This document shows, piece by piece, positions 26,701 through 35,700 of a stretch of DNA of 64,000 nucleotides. Under the pieces are notes generated by a model that was given only the letters and a program-made list of their open reading frames with translations, was not told the origin of the DNA and did no database searches. Location: contig NW_005434672.1 in NCBI RefSeq assembly GCF_000315625.1, forward strand, positions 899,374-963,373, read 5' to 3'. A program made the translations under genes and the position numbers. The stretch comes from Guillardia theta CCMP2712 (taxonomy: Eukaryota; Protista; Cryptophyta). Within the stretch, counting starts at the first letter, position 1; each line of letters starts with the position of its first letter.

Positions 26701-29700
26701 GTAAACCGTTAGTCATAACCGCTATACAGAAAACATCCTCATTCAGCGCAATAGTGCAATACACGGCCACGAAATCTGGCAATTACTCCTTGTGTGTCAC
26801 AATCAATGATGTAAGTTTGGCAGATAAACCTAGTACTCAATATATTTCATCGATTCCGATTGCGACTACAATTCGTTTGGAATTTTTGCAAGGCAATCAA
26901 AATGTTTCACAAGACGTAGCAGGGAAAGCAACAATTTTATCTGTTCAAGCTTTTGATATGTACATGAATATTTTCGATCACTACAGTTCATCTCAAAATT
27001 CGATTCTTTCAAGTGAAGTGTACTTGAAAGACTCTCTCGTCCAGATTATGGACTTTATTGGATTCAGCAACTCATCATACTTATTTCAGTACATGATGAC
27101 TAGAAGTGGTGCATACTCGATCCAAATCAAGTTAGAATCGTTGATTCTTGTGGTTCAACGTCAAGTTACTCCATCCGAATTTTTCTTTTCAAACATTTTG
27201 ATCGATTCTAGTTACATTGCAGCCAATGAAACAACAAGCATTCGGCTTATCCCCAAAGATTCATATGGAAACAATGTTACTCTTTCGCAGTCCTTGTCCG
27301 CCGTTATTCTTTCCTCTGACGGTCAAGAATTGTCAACAACACTGTTTTCTCAGGCTGACAGGATGGTTTCGGCAAGAATATCGATAACTCGATCTGCAGA
27401 CTACTTTGTGATGCTATCCTATCCATCTTTCGAATCCAAAAAGCTCAAATTCACCATTCTACCAGGCGTAGTATCTGCACAGAATACCTTCGGTCAAGGA
27501 GTAGGGTTGGTCGGAGCCATTGTACAATACCAAACATCTTTTCTTGTTTATTTCCGTGATCGTTTTGGAAACAAGTTGCTGAACTCTGCTGACATTCAGC
27601 TTTTTGTCAAGATACAAGATGCTGCAAATGTCAAACAAATTAGCATAGAGCAAGTCGACGCTGATAAAAAGTGTGTGCGTTATCTACCTACCTCAGTAGC
27701 AACGCTTGCCGTATTCGTATTCATCAGAACAACATCAGATACTCCAATCATGTCAAGTCCATTCAATGTTCAGGTATTCGACAAACCAGATACGATTTCT
27801 GCGACAAAAACATACGTTATTCCACAGACAGAGAGGAGAAATGTGAAAGACAAAAATACTTTTATCATCATATCGGTTACAAATCAAGGAGCGGGAATGA
27901 TAACAGGCGGTTTTAGCTTCAATTGCTTGCTTGCAAGTCCAACCAACAAGCAGTCTGTTGCTTCCCTTCCAGTCCTTGACTTTGCAAATGGCACATATGC
28001 TGTCGTCTTCTCTGTCACCGTAAGCGGCTCTTACTCCCTCTCCGTCCGTCTTGGCAGTCAAGATATCGGAGGAAGCCCTGCCTCCTTCGCCGTCCTTCCC
28101 GGTCCCTCGTTCCCAGCTAACACGCTGGTCTCCTTGCAAGACGGGCAGGTGGTGACGGCAGGGCTGGCTTTCTCTTTCACAGCGCAAGCTCGAGACGAGT
28201 ACGGCAACGCGCGAGGAGAAGGAGGGGATGGGGTGGAGATCGCTTTCAGACATGCCAGCGGGGGAAGTGTACAGGTATCGGGTCTAGACTTGCAGACCGG
28301 CGAGTACAGCTTCAGCGCGCTCCTCACAGCGAGTGGCACCTACACCCTGCAGGGCACCTTGCTCTCAAGCGACATCTTCACTGCACAGCCTCGCTCGATC
28401 TCTGTCAGCCCTGCCTCACCTACCGGGTCCACTGCCGTTGCTGAGGGCTTAGGGCTCTACCATGCGGTAGCCGGCGAGGAGGCTGTTATCAGGCTCTACG
28501 TGCGTGATGAGTACGGCAATCAAGTAGGAGCGCTGCCATCCGGATACATCGACACCGTCAGCCTAGTGATAAAGAGAGGGAGCGGGGAGGGCTTGAACAT
28601 AGGAGTGAGGAAGTCGGCTTTCACGTCAGGGGTAGAGGTGAGATACACAGCTACTCAGAGCGGACTGTTCCTGCTAGAAGTGGTGATGAATGGGATGCAG
28701 ATTTTTACCACACCAAAGATTCTTCAGGTTGACTCTGGAGCTGTCTCTGTAGGACTTTCATCAGCATCAGGATTCGGATTGATTAGGGCCATTGCAGGAG
28801 TCTTGGCAACCTTTGATATCCTGTCCAGGGATGTGTATGGCAACAATTTTACTCGTGGAGGCCTTCTTTGGAGCATGATTCTGCAAAACAAGCAAACTGC
28901 GATGCAATCACGAACGATTGCTCAAGATCTTAATAATGGAAGGTATCAAATCAAATATAACGTGACTGTCTCAGGCAGTTACATCATGAGTGTCATCAGA
29001 GATGATGTTCACATCTCAGGAAGCCCGTCTCAAGTACAAATCGTGGCATCAAATGCAGAGCCGACCAAAACTTACTTGACATCCTACCAAAGTATTTCAA
29101 CAGCAGGTGTCATTCTGAAGTTCTGTCTAGTCTCCACGGACAAGTATGGAAATCTCGTGAACTTCCAGGATTCTGTTGGATTCACTATTGGCGATTCAAA
29201 ACAGGAATATTCCACCATAGCGATGCCATTCTCGGATTCGAATTGCAATGAAATAATATTCACCCTGACTCAGAGTGGAAAATACCCCTTGCACTTTTCA
29301 CTAGATCAGGCTCGATTTCAATCTGTCGTCATGTATGTTTACCCTGGCAGTACGAACAAAGCATATTTGCTGTCTTCATTAACTTCACTACTTAGAATAC
29401 AAGCTGGAGATACCACGACAATGTTGCTTCTTCTGCAAGACAGGTATGGAAACAACGTCACATATCCGAATCAGATTGCTGTGATGCTGAATTCCTCTCT
29501 GATTTCACCGTACCCTGTGCCTATTGCAGATGACTTGGTACTTGTCAATTTTTCGATCACAAGCTCTGGGAGCTTTGCTTTCTCTGTGAAAATTGACAAC
29601 ATAGTAGTGATGCCTCTTGCTCAATACATTACAGTTCTTCCAAATTACCCGGTCGCTGAATATTCATCCTGTTTGAACTCGGTTTCTTTGCAAACTGCAG

Positions 29701-32700
29701 GCACGTTGTCAACAATCCAATTGTCCTTACGCGATAGATTTTCTAATGCAATCAATGAGAATATTTCCGTGACATTAGTTTCTGTCATTCAGAACGATCT
29801 CAACTCAAGATCGATTTTTCCTGTCACTTTCAAAGAAAATGTTTTAAGTTTCCAATTTGCCCTGACAAGATCAGGAATCTACTCATTGTCATTGGAGCTG
29901 AATGGGGATCAATTAAGTGATTGCTTCTTTTCTGTTCGAATATTACCGCAAATTCTATATCTTGGGAATTCAGTCCTTTCTGGTGTTGGGTCACTCAAAA
30001 CCTGTCTGCAAACAAGTAATTGGTTCTACATATTCCCAATCGACCGTTATGGAAACCAGGCATCCTTTCTGAACCAGCAAATCGAGTTGAATGCTACGGT
30101 AAGAGAAAAGAGCCTGTCACTTTGGTGGTCGTTTTCGAACTTGGGTCCGTACTTATCTTTCGTTTACAACCTCACAGTCCCTACAGATAGCACATCGAGC
30201 GCGACTTTGCAGATTTTTCTCATTCAAGCTCAAGTACAAGAAGTTATTGAGGTGCCTCTGCAGATATTCACGGACTGCGGGGCTTTGAGCTTGACTCAGT
30301 CCAGTCTCTCACTGCTTCCTCTTCTCATCCCAAGGGCTGGCTCATTAATCACATGGAGAGTTATACTGCTTAGCAGCAAGGGTCTTGAAATGATGGTTCC
30401 AAACTTGAATCTCAAAGCGACAATATCTGGAAATGACCAAACGTTTACACTCATGAATGTCGCTGTCACTGCATTCGCAAATGGCACATATGCTGTCGTC
30501 TTCTCTGTCACCGTAAGCGGCTCTTACTCCCTCTCCGTCCGTCTTGGCAGTCAAGATATCGGAGGAAGCCCTGCCTCCTTCGCCGTCCTTCCCGGTCCCT
30601 CGTTCCCAGCTAACACGCTGGTCTCCTTGCAAGACGGGCAGGTGGTGACGGCAGGGCTGGCTTTCTCTTTCACAGCGCAAGCTCGAGACGAGTACGGCAA
30701 CGCGCGAGGAGAAGGAGGGGATGGGGTGGAGATCGCTTTCAGACATGCCGAAGGGATGTTCCTCAACGGAAAGTCACAAGACTTGGGCTCGGGAACATAC
30801 ATAATATCAGTTCTTGTACAAAGAAGCGGCAAATATTCTGTTTATTGTAATTCTTCAAAACAATTGATTGATTTACGGATCTCAATCCAAGCAACTCCAA
30901 ACAATCCATCTCCATTGAAATCATACGTAGTTTGGACACTTGTCGAAGGAAATATGGCTTCTTGTGCTGCACCTTGCAGTGTAAATGTCTCCTACATCTT
31001 GCAAGACTCTTTCGGTAATGTTATTGATGGAAACGATGCCCCCACTATGTTTTGGCCTGGGCTATCAATACAAGCAATAATGGACCGATTTCAAATCATT
31101 CCCTATCTCGAATCCGACCTGATTTTAGCGTCAATCATACTGACGACATCAGGACAATACAGGATTGAGGCCACCATGTTGGACGGAGTCATACAAGGGG
31201 GCATACTCCAGTTGTTCGTGATTCCTTCTACAAACCCTGCAGATCTAAAATTCATTGCTGCTTTGAATGAGATTTTCACAAGGTACAATGAAGAAATATT
31301 GATCTCAGTGTCAGTTGAGGATATTTTTGGAAACTCAGTCGATAGCTATAGTCTACCTGATATCAATCGAGCTCAAGGAATCGTCTTGAAAGATTCAAGG
31401 ATGCTTTTTAACAATAGCCTAGAGATGGTCCAATGCCCGAGCACATGTATATCTGTAAGATTCAGGTTTCAATGTGACAACTGCACTTTGAACGTTCTGT
31501 TCACTCATGGGTCACAATCTACTTACCTAGCTAATCCATTGACATTGTTCGTGTCTGAGGAACCTGAGCCACAGATAGTTATTGCACAGTTCGACAATTC
31601 TTTGACTTCTATCCGTGTTGACATGTCTGGTGATACATATTTCGCTTTCCAAGAATCCTGTACAAGTTTGTTAGGGAGCACCTTCATGGACAAGCTTGGA
31701 GTGATGCCATCTTGTTTTTTGACCAGCAAACAAGAAATAAAGATTCTGCTGGGCAACAATGCCTCCCTAGTCTTTTATGACCAACTCTACTTCTTGCCAG
31801 GATCCTTGAAGACAAGAGCCGGTACGCCGATGGGAGAGAAATCGGCTCTCGTCATTCCTCCAGCCCAACTTGAAGCTTTCATTGTTGAGATTGACTGCGC
31901 TGACACGCTGGGGCCAGGCTCTGATCTCTTCCTCAATGTGAGGTTCAGACAAGGGCAGACATCGAGGGGATTGAGCTTAGACTGGAGCTTGAAAGCAGGT
32001 CCAGGTACAGACTCACTCCGAAAGTTGCTGATGGAATCCAAGAATCTGCAGAGTCTCAACATCTCAGGAAGTCTGCTGTTGTATGGGTACACATATGAGT
32101 TCTCCTTGCTTGCTCGCATTTGGACAGGGCAGACTTGCATAACGTCGAAGCAAGTCAACCTGATCAGGTCCTTCATTCCAAGTTTGTCTATCACAGGTGG
32201 TCCTGTGATTTCCATACCCTTGTACTCAGACATTGTAATCAAGGCAGTGATCCACTTGCCTCCTGCAGTGCCTGATCGCGTTGGAATAATGTGGAGTCAG
32301 GTAGACGGGGATTTACTGAATTCTCTTCAAAATGGCTATTTTGGAGCAGAGCTTTTATTGAAACAGTCAGAGTTGAGTCCTGGAGCAACGCTCTTGTTGA
32401 GAGTGATGGTTTACAGCAAAGAGGGGAGCAAATCGTCTATTCAAAATGTTTCGCAGCTTGTCACGTTATCTTTGAGTCCATCTCCTTTGTCCAATCGTCT
32501 CATGAGATCCGTTATGTTCGTTAGAGCTACAGAAGACTTTTATCTTTACACAGACCGATTCTTGCGAATATTAGCGACAGATAAACCAATATACATCTGG
32601 AGCTGCACGTCTCCAACACATGATACATGCTTTCAGGAATCCAGCGGCATAGCAGAAAAGTTGCAGTCTGACTCTGCTCCGTTCCTATTCGTCCCACAAA

Positions 32701-35700
32701 ATTCTCTCTTGCCCGGCAACTACACGTTCAATGTTCAAATCATCATTGAATCAGGACTGAGAAAAGCAAACTTAGTGTATGACGTAGTTGTGAAGGGGAG
32801 TCCCTTGTTCGGCCTTAACTTGTCCTCTTCAATCGTAATATTCCCTGATTCATCGGGCTGGCTATCCGTACTGGGTAAGTTGAACGCTACATCCACATCA
32901 AACTCAGGAAATACAATTCTTGAACTGCAAATTGAATCAGAGCAAATCTCGCAAAGCAAAGTGGACAATGGATTATTGCTTTCTTGGAGACTAGAGCCCT
33001 TTCCTGGTGCATTTCTCAGTCGAGGTATCTTGTCAGTCAGATTTTCAGCTGTCGCAGGGAACCTTGAAGGTTTTGCTAGGGTTGATTTCATTCTCAGACC
33101 CCCTATGGGAGGTAATCTTCTAGTACAAGAAATCGTCTACGTGTATAGTGTCGTTTCAATCTACCAAGTTAACTTCGTAGGCTTCCAGGCTCAGTCAGAG
33201 GACTACCCACTTGTGTACTCCCTTTATCAAAGCATCAACAGCTCAGCAAATGGGCTGCTGTATGTGGACTCAGGGATCGATTCAAACTTTCAGATTTATC
33301 ATTCCGAGACCATCTTGGGAGCTGTGAGCATAAGTGGCTTTGTGTCGTCAGTACAGGGAGAGAGCGTCGGGTATCAGCATGTGATCGGATCTTCCCACGA
33401 CAAGACGATCGATGTATCGCAATCTCTCGCGCAGCTTCAGGCTGCTTATGGAGTGCTGTCATCGTTGATGCAGGAAGTTTCTAGAACGGCAAATTCGAAG
33501 GCGCTCAAGCAAATCGCTTTCATATCTCTTCAAGCAGGAGAAAAGTACTCGCAACTGAAGAATGCTCGAGGAGGGCCTGAATCTTCGTTGCAGCTTGATG
33601 CCTTAGACTCACCCAAGATGTCATCGGCTTTAAAACGCTCAATCAGTGAGAGTGGAAGCAGCCTTAGTCCAGACTTGTTGGCAGAGCTGCAGGGAGTTTC
33701 AGAAGATGTCACCGATGTCTTTGCTGAAGCCATTCTTTCAATGTTTTCTTGGCAGAGCTTCGGCATTGGTTTGACCGATGCTATCTCAAGGCTGGTCAAC
33801 TTGTTGAAACGGGTAGAAGACTCTTCATCCAGCCATGACCATCCCATCTCTCAAGTCTTGTCAAGAAGAGACCAAGACTTTCATCTCACACAACTAAGCG
33901 CATCTTCCGCTTCTCAGCCCTCGTCTGAGCTCACGATCCTTGCAGCAGACGCTCTGTTACAATCTTGGAACTATTCGACCCTGTCGAATGATGATGTTGG
34001 AAGCTTCAGCCTCTTATATGGCAAGATCTTGACTAGTTTAATGGGGAGCACAGATGAGACCTTGAAACTCTCCATTGCAAATAGTTTCCTCACTGCTTGC
34101 AAACACTTTGTGCTCATGGTTGACTCAGAAGTACCATGGTGGGTTTACACAAGCTTTGTCGATGATGTTGGAAAGCTATGCGTTATTGTACAACAGAGCA
34201 GTAGCCTATCTAGTGTGATGTTACAGATATTGGATTATTCAAATCAGATCATAAGAGGCTCTTTGAAGATGATCGTCGATGGCGAAGAATCTAGACTCAT
34301 AGAAACCAGCTTTGCAAGCGTGTGGACCAAAAAGGTTCTAGCAAACGAATTGTTCTCTCAACATTCACGTCTTTGCATGCTCAGTAATGGATGCATTCAA
34401 ACGGCCCTGAACGAAGCATTTCTTCCTGAGCCAGCAATGGACGTAACCAGTGCTGGCACGTTGAGCATACAAATCATTCTGTGGAAAACGTTGCCAAATG
34501 CTTTCACCGCAGTGTCAACCAAAGCAATCGCACTCGGCCCCATCCTACAACTGAACGCCACAACATCCCGCTTGGAATTGAACTACATGTCACATTACCG
34601 CAAGTTGAGAGACGCCTGGTCTGTCACTTTCGACATCCAGAGCCTCACGTCAGTCCCTCGTTGTGCCTGGATCAGTGACATGGCTACACTCGACACTGTC
34701 GGTCTGGTTGCTGACTGCGCGACAGCTGGGAAGCTGACGTGTTGGAGCTATGCTAGAGGGAGCAGACTAGCTGTCATCTACGTGGGGCTCAGCACAAACA
34801 GCGGAAACCAGCAGTACAGGAACATCAGAACAGCAAGCTTTCAAGGGGCATACTCCCAGCAGAGCGAGGTTGCTTCAACGATCTCATTGCTGATTGTGAT
34901 CACCACCTCGGTTATCTCTTTCGTTCACTTCCTGCGGGTGGCAATGTTTGTACGCAAAGTTTTGAATCGATACCTGGGTTTCAAAACGACTGAGTTTCGC
35001 AAACCAGGTGACACATTGACATCTTCGGTAAATGAATCTGTGGAAAATTCGTTCTCTCTCAGACGGCTGTTCTTGCATCATCCCGTTACAACGTTGCTTT
35101 TCTTTGCGTTTCAGCCATTCCCAGTCTACCTGCATAGAATTTCAGTGTTGTCTGCCTCGATCAATTTTCTCTTAGCAATGAACTTTACTATGCAAGCAAT
35201 GAGAGTCTTCGTGGAAAGTGATTGGGCAGCGCAAGCCACCGTTATGAGCATCTTAGTCGTTCCTGTCTATCTCCTTCTCCTCTTTCCAATCTTTGCTCAA
35301 CAAGAGTTCGAACATGTAATGTTTCGAAAGAAAGGTCGAGTTGTTCCTGAGGATGTGCCAGACTCTCGAGAAGCAGAAGCATCTGCCACCGAAGCGCAAA
35401 CAGCAAGGAAATCAGGTCGTCATCATCGAAGGAGCCGAAAAGCCAAAGGGAGAAGGTCACGAAGAATTGACGAAGAGCTAGAGTCGGCGATGGACGTGAC
35501 CTCCCAGACCTCCGACATCATGTCTACTATGTCATCACAGAGTCCTCAGGGTCCTACCAGAGGGTCACACGACGACAGCCAACGGCATCCGTTCAGCCCA
35601 TCAACTCTCCGCGTCTCGATGGTCAACTGGTCTGTCAGTTCTCCCAAGACTTCTAGTCTTGTCAGTACAGGAAGTAAGCGAATGAGCTCGAGCATCTCGA

